Source: a virus
Lineage: Duplodnaviria; Heunggongvirae; Uroviricota; Caudoviricetes
IMG/VR virus record: IMGVR_UViG_2737471821_000004
Length of the DNA: 27,699 nucleotides
Strand: one strand, 5' to 3'
Numbering within the stretch: the first letter of the stretch is position 1; every line of letters begins with the position of its first letter. Both the position numbers and the translations under genes were made by a program. Under the pieces are notes generated by a model that saw nothing but the letters and a program-made list of their open reading frames with translations, ran no database searches and was not told where the DNA came from. Positions 7,622 through 17,182 of this stretch are shown one piece after another.

Positions 7622-8683
7622 TCATGCCGCACCCTTATCCGTTGATTCTGTGTAACTTAAATCAAAGTTAAGGTGTAGCCTTTCCGGTATTTCAGGATCG
7701 TTGTTAACGGCCAGCATGAAACGGCGCTGGATGGGGGCAATTTCGCTTTTCTTGTAAATGCGTTCAGCCTTTTCAACATCCCCCAGTCCGGCAGTGTTCT
7801 GCGGGACAATACCGGCGAGGCCGGCAGGGAAACGGTGCGCGTTCAGAATGTCCTGGGCGCTGATGTTTTTGATGTTGGCAAATTCATCCTTCGCGGAAAT
7901 ATCCCCCATTTCAATGAATTTGATGGCGTCGCCGTCTCCACCGGGAATGTTTACAAGGATGGTGGAGAAGTTACCGATCCCTTTGCTGTCACGCAGCTGC
8001 TGTTCAATTTCTTCCTCCATTTCGTCCGTCATGCTGGGATCGCGAGTATAAAGAATACCGCCTGTGTGCGCACCGTTGTGGTAATAGCGGCGTCGGAAAA
8101 TGACCGCTTCACTGTTAAGTAACGCGGAATGCACACCGCCGATGTAGTCCGGCAGTCCGTAGATATGCTGTTGTGGGTCATACATTTTGATGAAGATAAT
8201 ATCTTCTTCTGGCCATACCTGCGGTTCTCCTTCCTGTAACACCACGTAGTCACCGGGCTTATCCAGGGCGTTATCTCTGACTTTGCGGCGGCGAATATAC
8301 AGACCGGGCAAGGGTTCAAGTGCGATCACGTCGCCCCAGCCGTTACGAATTTTGGCAATCGCAATATCCCCAAAGGTTATATAGTCAAACGCTGCCGCTT
8401 CCAGCTGGTCGTGAATAAGCCCGCCCCCCAGGTAGTCTGAAACAATCATGTTTTTGCGGGCGTGAATGATGCCGCCGTGCTGACCGTTAAGATTAATCAG
8501 CTGTGCGAGTGCCAGCCGGTCAATCGGCTGGGTGAAGTGATCGGCGGCATTGTCGTACCAGATATCACGGTAATCTGTGCCGGTAGTCAGAACCGGTTCA
8601 GGTTTGCCGAATGTGATAATGCTCATCTTTTTTGATTTGTCGCCGCGCTGGTCGCGCTTAACAAAGCGTTTCTTTTTACTCAT
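7622..8683 (-). CDS. Q: Capsid portal protein (P2 gpQ-like)
   Basis: 353 aa (P2 gpQ about 344 aa); immediately downstream of and coupled to the large terminase on the same strand, divergent from O-N-M-L as in P2/186. Confidence 0.8.
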   Translation of the reverse strand: MSKKKRFVKRDQRGDKSKKMSIITFGKPEPVLTTGTDYRDIWYDNAADHFTQPIDRLALAQLINLNGQHGGIIHARKNMIVSDYLGGGLIHDQLEAAAFDYITFGDIAIAKIRNGWGDVIALEPLPGLYIRRRKVRDNALDKPGDYVVLQEGEPQVWPEEDIIFIKMYDPQQHIYGLPDYIGGVHSALLNSEAVIFRRRYYHNGAHTGGILYTRDPSMTDEMEEEIEQQLRDSKGIGNFSTILVNIPGGDGDAIKFIEMGDISAKDEFANIKNISAQDILNAHRFPAGLAGIVPQNTAGLGDVEKAERIYKKSEIAPIQRRFMLAVNNDPEIPERLHLNFDLSYTESTDKGAA

Positions 8684-10455
8684 GCTGCCTCTTTCCTTAC
8701 ACCCCAGCGGGATTTAGGTTTGTTTTCATAGTTAAGGGGTTCGTTATGCAGACCGTGGGTAATCGCCCAGAACGCCTCCGCGTGGCCAGTATCCTGGCTG
8801 CGGTCAGCGACAAACGTCATGGCGTTGCCGCTTTGTGTGGTGGTTCGGCGCACAGACATAAAGCTGGCCGCGATCTCTTTCAGGTTTTTATCCCACTCAA
8901 TACGTTGGCTTTCCACCACGTCCACCGCTTTCAGCACCAGTTGATTTTTGGTGTTCAGGTCGTAACGAATAGGGACGGCCACGCGCATGGCAAAATGCTG
9001 AATGTTGTCAAAAACACCCTGGCCAATGCCGGTAACGTCTACTCCCAGATAAGTGAAGTTGTATTTTTTGAACAACTGCTCGATCTGTTTTGCCTGATAC
9101 CGGAAGTTCATGCCTTTCCAGTAAATCACCTTCAGAACGCGGAACTTCTCCACGGCGAGCATCGGCGGGGCGATGATGACAAAACAAGACAAATCACCGC
9201 TGCGAGCCGGGTCAAAGCCGCCCCAAACTGGCCTGTCACCGAATGGCCGCGCTGCATCAGGGTTGTGATCCTGCCAGGTGTCGATTTCAACGCCGCAGGC
9301 TTCCAGGTCAGAAAAGCTGAAAACGGAATCTTTGCTGTCAACGAACACGCACATATAGAGCATGTTAAAAGTGGCGTCGTTGTAGCGGTTGCGAAGTTTC
9401 TCGATGTTCGCCAGGTTGAAACCGCCCGCAATGGCATCTTCCATCGTAATGACGTAGCGCCATTGCCCATCCGGGCAGAGTCGCCCGCCGTCACGCATGT
9501 CGTTAAAGGACGGAAACTTAATGGCCGCACGTTTTTTACTGCCCTGTTTCCACTCATCGCCCGTCCAGAACGGGTAAGCCTGGTGCGTTTTTGCCGATGG
9601 CGTTGAAAAATAGGTGGTGCGCCACTTGTCATGTGTGGCCATTGCGCTGGCCACTTCGTTAAGTTTTGCAAAGTTTGGCACCCAGAAATATTCGTCACAG
9701 TACAGGTGGCCACTGTAGGACTGGGCGGTGTTTTTGTTGGTGGAGAGAAAACGCAGTTCTGCGCCGTTGCTTAAGCGGATCGGGTTGCCGGTTAGCGTAA
9801 TACCGAAATACTGCTCTGCAATATTCACGATGTAAGACCGGAACACTTCAGCCTGTGCCTTTGACGCTGACAGAAAGATTTGCGGATCGCCGGTCATCAC
9901 CGCGTTTTCAAACGCTTCAAACGCAAAATACCAGGTCGCACCGATCTGGCGGCTTTTCAGGATGTTCCTGACAAGCTGGCCAATGTTATTGCGCAGGTGT
10001 TTCTGATATTCAAAAAGATGTTCTTCAGCCCATGCGTCAAAGTCCTCCTGCGTCAGCGACGTAATATCGTTTTTCTTGTATTTCCGTTTGCTGCGTGATT
10101 CGTCGTCATTGTTGTCCCGCGCAGCTGCTTGCCCGGAACTCTGACCGCTGGCCATTTTCTCTTTGTGTTTATTACTCTGCGCACGCAGTTTCGTGGCATG
10201 AGCAATGAGCATGTCCATTTCTTTCAGGTCGAGATCGGTTTTGTTATCGCGGCTGGCCAGCAGCTGGTAACGGCGTTCAATTGCTTCCTCTGTGCTTTCA
10301 AAACTGAGCAAATCCGCCCAGCTGTATTTCTCCGCCCAGTAGTAAACGATCCGCGCATTCGGCAGATTTAATTCAGATGCGATTTCCTTTGGCGTATAGC
10401 GGCGCAGATAAAGTGCGCGAACAACGCCTTTTAATTCTTCAGAGTATTTAGCCAT
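8680..10455 (-). CDS. P: Terminase large (ATPase) subunit (P2 gpP-like)
   Basis: 591 aa (P2 gpP 590 aa); first gene of the leftward P-Q operon, divergent from gpO. Confidence 0.85.
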   Translation of the reverse strand: MAKYSEELKGVVRALYLRRYTPKEIASELNLPNARIVYYWAEKYSWADLLSFESTEEAIERRYQLLASRDNKTDLDLKEMDMLIAHATKLRAQSNKHKEKMASGQSSGQAAARDNNDDESRSKRKYKKNDITSLTQEDFDAWAEEHLFEYQKHLRNNIGQLVRNILKSRQIGATWYFAFEAFENAVMTGDPQIFLSASKAQAEVFRSYIVNIAEQYFGITLTGNPIRLSNGAELRFLSTNKNTAQSYSGHLYCDEYFWVPNFAKLNEVASAMATHDKWRTTYFSTPSAKTHQAYPFWTGDEWKQGSKKRAAIKFPSFNDMRDGGRLCPDGQWRYVITMEDAIAGGFNLANIEKLRNRYNDATFNMLYMCVFVDSKDSVFSFSDLEACGVEIDTWQDHNPDAARPFGDRPVWGGFDPARSGDLSCFVIIAPPMLAVEKFRVLKVIYWKGMNFRYQAKQIEQLFKKYNFTYLGVDVTGIGQGVFDNIQHFAMRVAVPIRYDLNTKNQLVLKAVDVVESQRIEWDKNLKEIAASFMSVRRTTTQSGNAMTFVADRSQDTGHAEAFWAITHGLHNEPLNYENKPKSRWGVRKEAA

Positions 10456-10616
10456 GCGGATAATTATGCCGTGGCTGTGATGAAAAAACGGTGGTGTTAA
10501 TTCGTGTCTGTTCGGTAAAGCGTTATAACCGAACTGTTCAGAATAAAGCGTAATGCGGTGGTGGTTTTATTTGGCAATAATTGGTTTGCAGCGTCAGGGA
10601 GTGGAACAGGGGGGAT
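10456..10616. promoter_or_regulatory. Divergent late promoter region between P and O
   Basis: 161-bp gap between divergent operons; dyad GTTCGGT-N11-ACCGAAC at about 10510-10534, roughly 55-60 bp upstream of a plausible rightward start; no canonical P2 TGT-N12-ACA element found. Confidence 0.4.
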
Positions 10617-11420
10617 ATGTCACATTTAAAAACTGACTGGCTGTGTGTTGCTACTGAAGGGGATACCGTTGATGGCAGGGTAATTAAACGGCAGTGGATC
10701 ATTGATATGGGGGAAACCTATGACTATAGCCACTATGTCGCTTTAATCTGGCCAGAACATGAGGATGATTGCGGGAATTTTGGTGAAGTGCTGGAAGCCA
10801 CCTGGAATGATGGTGAAGATGGACTGGCACGGTTATATGTCAGCCTTTGCCCGAATATGCGTCTGATTTTCGCAAATCATGAAGATCAGCTTTTGTTCTT
10901 CTCCATTGAGCCGGAAGAAAACTGGCGCGGTAGCGGGCGTACTTACCTGAAAGGGCTGGCGGTAACAGATACACCTGCCAGCGTTGGCACCACACGGCTG
11001 CGCTTTAGTAGTCGGCGCAATAAATTAACAAAGCAGGGATATTACAGCTGTGTAATTTCCCGCGACGGAAAAATTAAACAGGAAGCAAGAATGAAGAACT
11101 GGCAGAAACTGTTTGGTATTAAGCCAAAGTTTGAAGATGAAACGCCGCAGGATAATCCTGCTCCGGATGAAGATAAATTACAGGCGCTTGCCAATGTGGT
11201 GAACGATCTGGAAGCGCGAGTGGCGAAAATTGAAACTCAACTGAATGACGTTCAGGGTGATGTTGACACAATTGCTGAAGTGGTGGATACGCAGGAATTT
11301 GCGGCAATTCGCGATAATGCAAAAGAAATCGTAACCCGCTTTAACGAACTGGGTAATAAAAACACCCGTACACCGGGGCGTACTATAAAAGATAAAGCCG
11401 GGAAATTTAATTTCCTGTAA
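10617..11420 (+). CDS. O: Capsid scaffolding protein (P2 gpO-like)
   Basis: Track ORF 10581..11420 trimmed to ATG 10617 (MSHLKTDW..., GGGGGG RBS). TEGDTVDGRVIK and YLKGLAVTDTPASVGT parallel P2 gpO VEGDTCDGRVIS and YLVGLAVTDDPASLGT. Confidence 0.85.
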   Translation: MSHLKTDWLCVATEGDTVDGRVIKRQWIIDMGETYDYSHYVALIWPEHEDDCGNFGEVLEATWNDGEDGLARLYVSLCPNMRLIFANHEDQLLFFSIEPEENWRGSGRTYLKGLAVTDTPASVGTTRLRFSSRRNKLTKQGYYSCVISRDGKIKQEARMKNWQKLFGIKPKFEDETPQDNPAPDEDKLQALANVVNDLEARVAKIETQLNDVQGDVDTIAEVVDTQEFAAIRDNAKEIVTRFNELGNKNTRTPGRTIKDKAGKFNFL

Positions 11421-11482
11421 TTCGCTTTATTGCTAATTAGCCCAGAATATATTTTTAAATCGCTTAATTGCGAGGGAGTTTT

Positions 11483-12505
11483 ATGCACCTTAATAATCGT
11501 GCGCGGGATTTACTGGATAAATATTCGGCGGGGATGGCGCAGCAGTTTGGTGCGCGTGATACCAGTCGATATTTTTCCCTGAATGACCCGCAGGAAAATG
11601 CGCTGCGTCTTGCGTTGCTGGAGTCCGTCGAGTTCCTGAACATGATCACCTGTCTGGATGTTGACCAGCTGAGTGGCCAGGTGATCTCTGTCGGTTCCTC
11701 TGTGCTGCATACCGGCCGCAGCGAAAATGGCCGTTTCATTCGTCAGGTAGGCGTTGACGGTAATGACTATTCCCTGGTTGAAACAGACAGCTGTGCCGCG
11801 TTGCGCTGGGATCTGCTTTCTGTCTGGGCAAACGCCGGTAAGGACGAAAACGAGTTTTACAACCTGGTACAGGCATTCACCACGCAGGCTTTTGCGCTGG
11901 ATATGTTGCGCATTGGTTTTAACGGTAAAAGTCGCGCGAAAACCACTGATCCGGAAACTAACCCGAACGGCGAGGATGTGAACGTTGGCTGGCATGAGCG
12001 TATGAAAACGCTGCTGGGCGGCAATCAGATTATGACGGATGCCGTGGTGCTTGATGAGGCCGGGGATTACAAATCACTGGATGCAATGGCGTCCGATCTG
12101 ATTAACGCCAAAATCCCGGCACAGTTCCGCAATGATCCGCGTCTGGTTGTTCTGGTTGGTGCCGATCTGGTCGCAGCTGAACAATACCGACTGTATCAGG
12201 CAGCAGACCGTCCGACTGAAAAAATCGCGGCGCAGATGCTGGGAAGCACCATTGCTGGCCGTCCGGCTATTATCCCGCCGTTTATGCCGGGTAAACGCAT
12301 GGTGGTTACGCCGCTTTCTAACCTGCACATCTACACCCAGCGCAATACCCGTATGCGTAAGGCGGAGTTTGTTGAAGATCGTAAGCAGTTCGAAAACAAA
12401 TACCTGCGCAATGAAGGTTACGCGGTGGAAGTGCCGGAGCTGTATGCGGCTATTGATGAATCCGCTGTGACAATCGGCAAAGTCTCCGAACCGGTGGAGG
12501 GTTGA
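11483..12505 (+). CDS. N: Major capsid protein (P2 gpN-like)
   Basis: Track ORF 11468..12505 (TTG) trimmed to ATG 11483 after GAGGGAG. GFNGKSRAKTTD, GDYKSLDAM, DPRLVVLVGADL and LSNLHIY parallel conserved P2 gpN blocks. Confidence 0.88.
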   Translation: MHLNNRARDLLDKYSAGMAQQFGARDTSRYFSLNDPQENALRLALLESVEFLNMITCLDVDQLSGQVISVGSSVLHTGRSENGRFIRQVGVDGNDYSLVETDSCAALRWDLLSVWANAGKDENEFYNLVQAFTTQAFALDMLRIGFNGKSRAKTTDPETNPNGEDVNVGWHERMKTLLGGNQIMTDAVVLDEAGDYKSLDAMASDLINAKIPAQFRNDPRLVVLVGADLVAAEQYRLYQAADRPTEKIAAQMLGSTIAGRPAIIPPFMPGKRMVVTPLSNLHIYTQRNTRMRKAEFVEDRKQFENKYLRNEGYAVEVPELYAAIDESAVTIGKVSEPVEG

Positions 12506-12508
12506 TAA

Positions 12509-13210
12509 ATGGCACTTTCCCCCGCGCAGCGTCACAGCCAGCGTATTGCGATGGAACAAAAGCTGAAGCGCAGCCAGGCACTGGAAACCACGGAAAGTAT
12601 GCACTTGCTGGTCAGGGCGCTGGAAACGGATGTGGAATATATTCGAAGTCTGCCTACCATCGCCGATCGCGTCGAGTACAAACGCAATGTGCTGTTGCCG
12701 CGCTGGGTTCCCACTGTGGAAGCCTATCTGGAGAGTGGCCAGGAGTATGCAAATCCGGTTTTTGCCTGGTGTGTTATCTGGCTGTTTGACGTGGGCGATC
12801 TGGATAAGGCGCTGGACTGGGCTGACATTGCTATCAGCCAGCAGCAGGCAACCCCGGATCGGTTACGCAGCAATTTTCCCACTTTCGTGGCGGATACGAT
12901 GCTGGCATGGGCGCAGGAAACCGCAGGGCGCGGGGAAAGTGTGGAGCCTTATTTCACCCGCACGTTTGAGCGGGTGGCAAACACCTGGCGACTGCATGAG
13001 CAGGTGACGGCCAAATGGTTCAAGTTTGCCGGTCAGGAGTTGCTACGCAATGACGATGGCCAGAAAACGGCGGCGGGCGTGGATGATATTGAAACGCTGG
13101 AAAAAGCCGATCAGCTGCTGGCTATTGCAGAAAAACACTACTCAAAAATTGGCGTCAGAACGGCGCGGCAGACAATTGCCGCCCGTATCCGAAAACTGAC
13201 TCAAGGGTAA
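12509..13210 (+). CDS. M: Terminase small (endonuclease) subunit (P2 gpM-like)
   Basis: 233 aa; N-terminus MALSPAQRHSQRIAM parallels P2 gpM MTSPAQRHMMRVSAAM; position after N. Confidence 0.8.
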   Translation: MALSPAQRHSQRIAMEQKLKRSQALETTESMHLLVRALETDVEYIRSLPTIADRVEYKRNVLLPRWVPTVEAYLESGQEYANPVFAWCVIWLFDVGDLDKALDWADIAISQQQATPDRLRSNFPTFVADTMLAWAQETAGRGESVEPYFTRTFERVANTWRLHEQVTAKWFKFAGQELLRNDDGQKTAAGVDDIETLEKADQLLAIAEKHYSKIGVRTARQTIAARIRKLTQG

Positions 13211-13306
13211 AGACTACCGCAAGCCAGGCGGACGCGGTGGAGGGCAGAACACCTTGTGTGTAACTGCGCCGTGGAAACCGGCCAGTCCGCCTTTTTCGGG
13301 GGATTT

Positions 13307-13759
13307 ATGTTTAGCGGAAAGCCGCTGGATTATCAGGATGAACCGCTGACCAATAACGGATTCTGGCCAGATCTGAATCTGAAGGATTTTCAAGCGCAGC
13401 GGTCACTACCGCCAGATATTGACGCTGACACCATCAGCCAGGCGTTGCTTGCAGCGGTGGCGGAGGTGAATGCGGAACTGGAAAACGTGGAGTCCAGTTG
13501 GATAGCGAAAGGCTACACGCTGGCGGCAGAGGTACCAGGTGTAAAAATGGGCGGACTGAACAGCCTGTGCGCCCAGTATATGAAGGCCGTTTTTGCTAGG
13601 GCAAAAGCGGATCTGCTGGGGGAGTTCGCCACTATCGGGCGGCGCGATACTCATCCGGGACAGGAAAGTATGGAAACCCGAGCGGGGTTACTGGCTGAAG
13701 CATCGGTGGTGATCCGCCGTATGAAAGGGCTGAAACGGGCAACGGTGAAAAAAGTATGA
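13307..13759 (+). CDS. L: Head completion/stabilisation protein (P2 gpL-like)
   Basis: Track ORF 13256..13759 (GTG) trimmed to ATG 13307 with GGGGGA RBS; size (about 150 aa) and position after M as for gpL. Family assignment by position only. Confidence 0.55.
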   Translation: MFSGKPLDYQDEPLTNNGFWPDLNLKDFQAQRSLPPDIDADTISQALLAAVAEVNAELENVESSWIAKGYTLAAEVPGVKMGGLNSLCAQYMKAVFARAKADLLGEFATIGRRDTHPGQESMETRAGLLAEASVVIRRMKGLKRATVKKV

Positions 13760-14262
13760 GCCAGACGCAGATCCAAAGCCTGACCACATTTTTTAAAGAT
13801 AACGTCCCGCCCCGTGCGATGCAGTCATTTGACAGTGTGCTGGATGAGATGAAGTTCATCCCTGCGGCGAAGGATTACGGGCTGGGACAATATCGCCAGG
13901 CGGTTATCCGATATGACGCGGTTCTGAGCTGGGAGCGTTTCCCGTATCGCCTTTGCCCGCCGCAGTTGCTTATGTCCTTACTGGCTGCGTGGCTGGATGA
14001 TGCTGACAGGGAACTACTGGATGAAGTGGGGCTGAGTGAAGCTGAACCTGACTGGGATGTGTCGGTGGAGGATGAGGAAGTGGCCACTGTGGTGCTGACT
14101 GTTCCGATGGTAGAAGAACTGGTGATCAGGCAGGACGAAAACGGGGCTATTCCGTGGCGGGGTGAGCGCTGGTCACTGGTTGAGCCTGAAATCTGGACGG
14201 CACTGACCGCCAGTATTTACAGCGTGGATGAGGCCGGTGCGCCGGTGGGGGATAGCGAATGA
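13756..14262 (+). CDS. Hypothetical virion protein (168 aa; head-tail joining or tail completion candidate)
   Basis: Coupled (overlapping stop/start) to L upstream and to the next gene; acidic; assigned by position between head completion and putative sheath genes. Confidence 0.45.
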   Translation: MSQTQIQSLTTFFKDNVPPRAMQSFDSVLDEMKFIPAAKDYGLGQYRQAVIRYDAVLSWERFPYRLCPPQLLMSLLAAWLDDADRELLDEVGLSEAEPDWDVSVEDEEVATVVLTVPMVEELVIRQDENGAIPWRGERWSLVEPEIWTALTASIYSVDEAGAPVGDSE

Positions 14263-14966
14263 TTGCCGGTGGCGAGCTGAATAAAAAACAGCTGGCCGAA
14301 TTGCGCAAGGCACTGGCCAGCATGGAGCTGCCGCCGAGAAAACGGCAGCGTCTGATCTGGCGTCTGGCCAAATATGGCGTGATTGCTGCGGCAAAGCGGC
14401 ATGTGCGCAATCAGGAATCCCCGGATGGCCAGAAGTGGCCGGGACGTAAGACAAAACGCAAAGGGAAGATGCTGCGCAACCTGCCAAAGCTGCTGCATAT
14501 CCGTGAAATGCCAGAAATTCAGGCTGTGCGGATCTATTTACAGGGCGGTGGATACCGGAACGGGGAAGCGCCGGTACCAGCCGGAACGGTGGGGTACGCG
14601 CAACAAAACGGAATGCGCGTAAAGGTCAGCCGCAGTAATCAGCCACGGAAGGCAGAGGCCGGGAAAATGGCGACGCCTGCCCAGGCCAAAAAATTACGGG
14701 CGCTGGGGTACCGGGTGAAAACCGGTAAGAGATGGAAAAAGCCCACACAGGGCGAAATCACCAAAACGATGCCATACAGCCAGGCGGGGCTGCTGATTCG
14801 AAAACTCAGTAATAAAGCCGTGAAAACCAGCTGGACAGTGGATCTTCCTGCTCGTGTGTTTCTGGGCATGAATGATGATGAATTTGACAAGGCGCTGGCG
14901 CGTCAGCTTCAGGCCATAGGTTTTGGCTGGGATGTTAAGGCGCAGGATATTAAGGGGAAAGCATGA
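14259..14966 (+). CDS. Putative virion morphogenesis / tail completion protein (235 aa, highly basic C-terminal half)
   Basis: Coupled to neighbours; Lys/Arg-rich segment (RKTKRKGKMLRNLPK ... KTGKRWKKPTQ); resembles the virion-morphogenesis class by position and composition only. Confidence 0.4.
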   Translation: MIAGGELNKKQLAELRKALASMELPPRKRQRLIWRLAKYGVIAAAKRHVRNQESPDGQKWPGRKTKRKGKMLRNLPKLLHIREMPEIQAVRIYLQGGGYRNGEAPVPAGTVGYAQQNGMRVKVSRSNQPRKAEAGKMATPAQAKKLRALGYRVKTGKRWKKPTQGEITKTMPYSQAGLLIRKLSNKAVKTSWTVDLPARVFLGMNDDEFDKALARQLQAIGFGWDVKAQDIKGKA

Positions 14967-16090
14967 CCTGGCCAATTGTGACGGTAAACCAGGTAAACCA
15001 GCTGATGGGCGAAACCAATGAGGTGGAACGCACACTGCTGTTTATCGGTACGGGTACCAAAAATGTGGGGAAAACGCTGGCGGTGAATGCCCAGAGTGAT
15101 TTTGATTCACTGCTGGGCGAGGAAGCCAGCCCGCTCAAAAATGATGTTCTGGCTGCGCTGGCGAACGCTGGCCAGAACTGGTGGGGGTTCATTCACGTTC
15201 TGCCAGCTGACGCGGAGGCAGATGCCTGGGTGAAAGCGGTTCTGGCCGCGCAGGTGGTGTGCTCTGTGGAAGGCGTGGTGCTGTCTGACGATGTGACCGC
15301 TAAAGCGCAGGTAAATCAGGCCGTGACGTTACGATCCACCCTGATTTCAAAGTATGGCCGCTGGGTGTGGTTTATCCTGGCCGCGCAGGGAATGCAGGAC
15401 GAAGAAGCCCAGGCGGATTATCTGGTACGCATGGCCACCCTTCAGGATGGCATTGCAGAAAAGGCAGTGCAGCTGGTTCCCCGCCTGTGGGGAAATGAAC
15501 CGGGCGTGCTGGCTGGTCGCCTTTGTAGCCGTGCGGTAACCATTGCTGACAGTCCGGCGCGGGTTAAAACCGGTGCTCTGATGAATCTGGGCAGTGATGA
15601 GATGCCGGTTGATGGTACCGGAGAAGTGCTGGAACTGGCCACACTTCAGGCGCTTGAAGCACAGCGTTTCAGTGTGCCGATGTGGTATCCGGATTATGAC
15701 GGTTTTTACTGGGCAGATGGCCGCACGCTGGATGTTGAGGGCGGCGATTATCAGTCGATTGAAACCCTGCGCGTTGCGGATAAAGCTGCCCGCCGTGTTC
15801 GTCTGCTGGCTATCAGCAAAATCGCGGATCGCTCGCTGAACAGCACGCCGGGAAGTATCGCCGCACATCAGACATTGTTTGCCCGTCCATTGCGTGAAAT
15901 GTCCACTGCGGCCAGCATTAACGGTGTGTCATTTCCGGGTGAAGTGAAGCCGCCGCAGGATGGTGATGTGACCATTGTCTGGAAAAACAAAAAGGCGGTG
16001 GATATTTACATTGTGGTGCGCACCTGGGAAGTGCCGCTGCAAATCACCATCAGTCTGTTACTGGATGCGAGTCTGGAGGCCACAGCATGA
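14963..16090 (+). CDS. Putative contractile tail sheath protein (375 aa)
   Basis: Largest ORF directly upstream of a roughly 150-aa tube-sized gene, with baseplate J/I-like genes downstream; no similarity to P2 gpFI seen by eye. Confidence 0.4.
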   Translation: MTWPIVTVNQVNQLMGETNEVERTLLFIGTGTKNVGKTLAVNAQSDFDSLLGEEASPLKNDVLAALANAGQNWWGFIHVLPADAEADAWVKAVLAAQVVCSVEGVVLSDDVTAKAQVNQAVTLRSTLISKYGRWVWFILAAQGMQDEEAQADYLVRMATLQDGIAEKAVQLVPRLWGNEPGVLAGRLCSRAVTIADSPARVKTGALMNLGSDEMPVDGTGEVLELATLQALEAQRFSVPMWYPDYDGFYWADGRTLDVEGGDYQSIETLRVADKAARRVRLLAISKIADRSLNSTPGSIAAHQTLFARPLREMSTAASINGVSFPGEVKPPQDGDVTIVWKNKKAVDIYIVVRTWEVPLQITISLLLDASLEATA

Positions 16091-16542
16091 CCAAACGTAT
16101 TTCGGGTATGTCGTTTGACACCTATATGGACGGCGATCTGATCCATATCGAGAAAATCACGCTCGATATTACGGATAACAGCGCTGCCGCCCAGACGCGT
16201 GGCGTCCCTGATGGGTATGTGGATGGCGATGTTGCCGCTGAGGGGGAAATTGAAGTCAGTTCAAAAACACTTCAGGTGCTGACAGCCAAAGCCCGTGCAG
16301 CGGGTTCATGGCGTGGGCTTCCACCACTTGATTTTCTTTTCTATGCCAAAGCCAGTAGCGAAGAAATGAAGGTGGAGACGTTCGGCAATAAATTGCAGGT
16401 CAGCAACCTGCTGGATATTGATCCGAAAGGTGGCGGTGTGACCACGCACAAAATCAAATATTTCGTGACCAGTCCGAAATTCGTCAACATCAACGGTGTG
16501 CCGTATCTGGAAGCGGAAGCCACAGAAAACTTGATCGGATAA
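16087..16542 (+). CDS. Putative tail tube protein (151 aa)
   Basis: ATGA-coupled to the upstream gene; size typical of myovirus tube proteins; positional inference. Confidence 0.4.
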   Translation: MTKRISGMSFDTYMDGDLIHIEKITLDITDNSAAAQTRGVPDGYVDGDVAAEGEIEVSSKTLQVLTAKARAAGSWRGLPPLDFLFYAKASSEEMKVETFGNKLQVSNLLDIDPKGGGVTTHKIKYFVTSPKFVNINGVPYLEAEATENLIG

Positions 16543-16551
16543 GGGGCAGGG

Positions 16552-16854
16552 ATGCAGGAACATGAAAAGAGCCTTTATTCACTGCTGATCATTGGCGCAC
16601 TGATTGCCATCGGCAATGTGCTGACCAGTAATGACCCAATCACGCCGCGCCTGTTTGCCGGTCGCGTGATCCTGGGCAGTCTGGTTTCAGTGGTGGCCGG
16701 GGCGGTACTAATTCAGATCCCGGATGCCAGCCCGCTGGCCATTCAGGGGCTGGGGGCGGCGCTGGGGATTGCCGGTTATCAGGCGGTGGAAGTGTGGCTG
16801 CGCAGACGTGCAGCGGGAAAGCAGAACGGGAGCAAGACAAATGACCCTGAGTGA
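16552..16854 (+). CDS. Holin (100 aa)
   Basis: Two to three hydrophobic helices (LLIIGALIAIGNVL, VILGSLVSVVAGAVLI, LGAALGIAGY) followed by a charged C-terminus (RRRAAGKQNGSKTNDPE); directly precedes the endolysin. Confidence 0.6.
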   Translation: MQEHEKSLYSLLIIGALIAIGNVLTSNDPITPRLFAGRVILGSLVSVVAGAVLIQIPDASPLAIQGLGAALGIAGYQAVEVWLRRRAAGKQNGSKTNDPE

Positions 16855-17182
16855 AAAACAGCAATTATTCACAGTCATGGTGGCCAGTCTGATCCACTGG
16901 GCAGAAGAACATGGCTACAGACTGACGTTCGGTGAGGCTTACCGTACACCAGAACAGGCCGCGCTGAATGCGAAGAAAGGCAGCGGTATTTCTAACAGCC
17001 TGCACACCCAGCGGCTGGCGGTGGATTTCAATCTGTTCGTGAACGGTCAGTACAAAACCCGCACAGAAGATTATCTGCCACTGGGGGAATACTGGGAATC
17101 ACTGGGTGGTGCCTGGGGCGGACGCTTTAAATCCAGACCGGATGGCAATCATTTCAGTCTGGAACATAACGGGGTGCGCTGA
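16841..17182 (+). CDS. Endolysin, M15-family zinc peptidase type (113 aa)
   Basis: Track ORF 16724..17182 trimmed to ATG 16841 (MTLSEKQQ), overlapping the holin stop. Has SLH....LAVD ... DGNHFSLEH, the His/Asp/His zinc-binding pattern of small M15 peptidase endolysins. Confidence 0.65.
   Translation: MTLSEKQQLFTVMVASLIHWAEEHGYRLTFGEAYRTPEQAALNAKKGSGISNSLHTQRLAVDFNLFVNGQYKTRTEDYLPLGEYWESLGGAWGGRFKSRPDGNHFSLEHNGVR

Noticed and set aside
8746-9606. 286-aa plus-strand ORF inside the large terminase gene
   Set aside because: Fully antisense to a well-supported 591-aa terminase gene in GC-rich DNA; no RBS or neighbour coupling; typical shadow ORF.
11510-11995. 161-aa minus-strand ORF inside the major capsid gene (and the similar 12074..12604 ORF)
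   Set aside because: Antisense to the gpN-like capsid gene, whose translation carries conserved capsid blocks; shadow ORFs.
15347-15868. 173-aa minus-strand ORF inside the putative sheath gene
   Set aside because: Antisense within a tightly coupled plus-strand operon; Arg/Cys/His-rich, non-protein-like composition.
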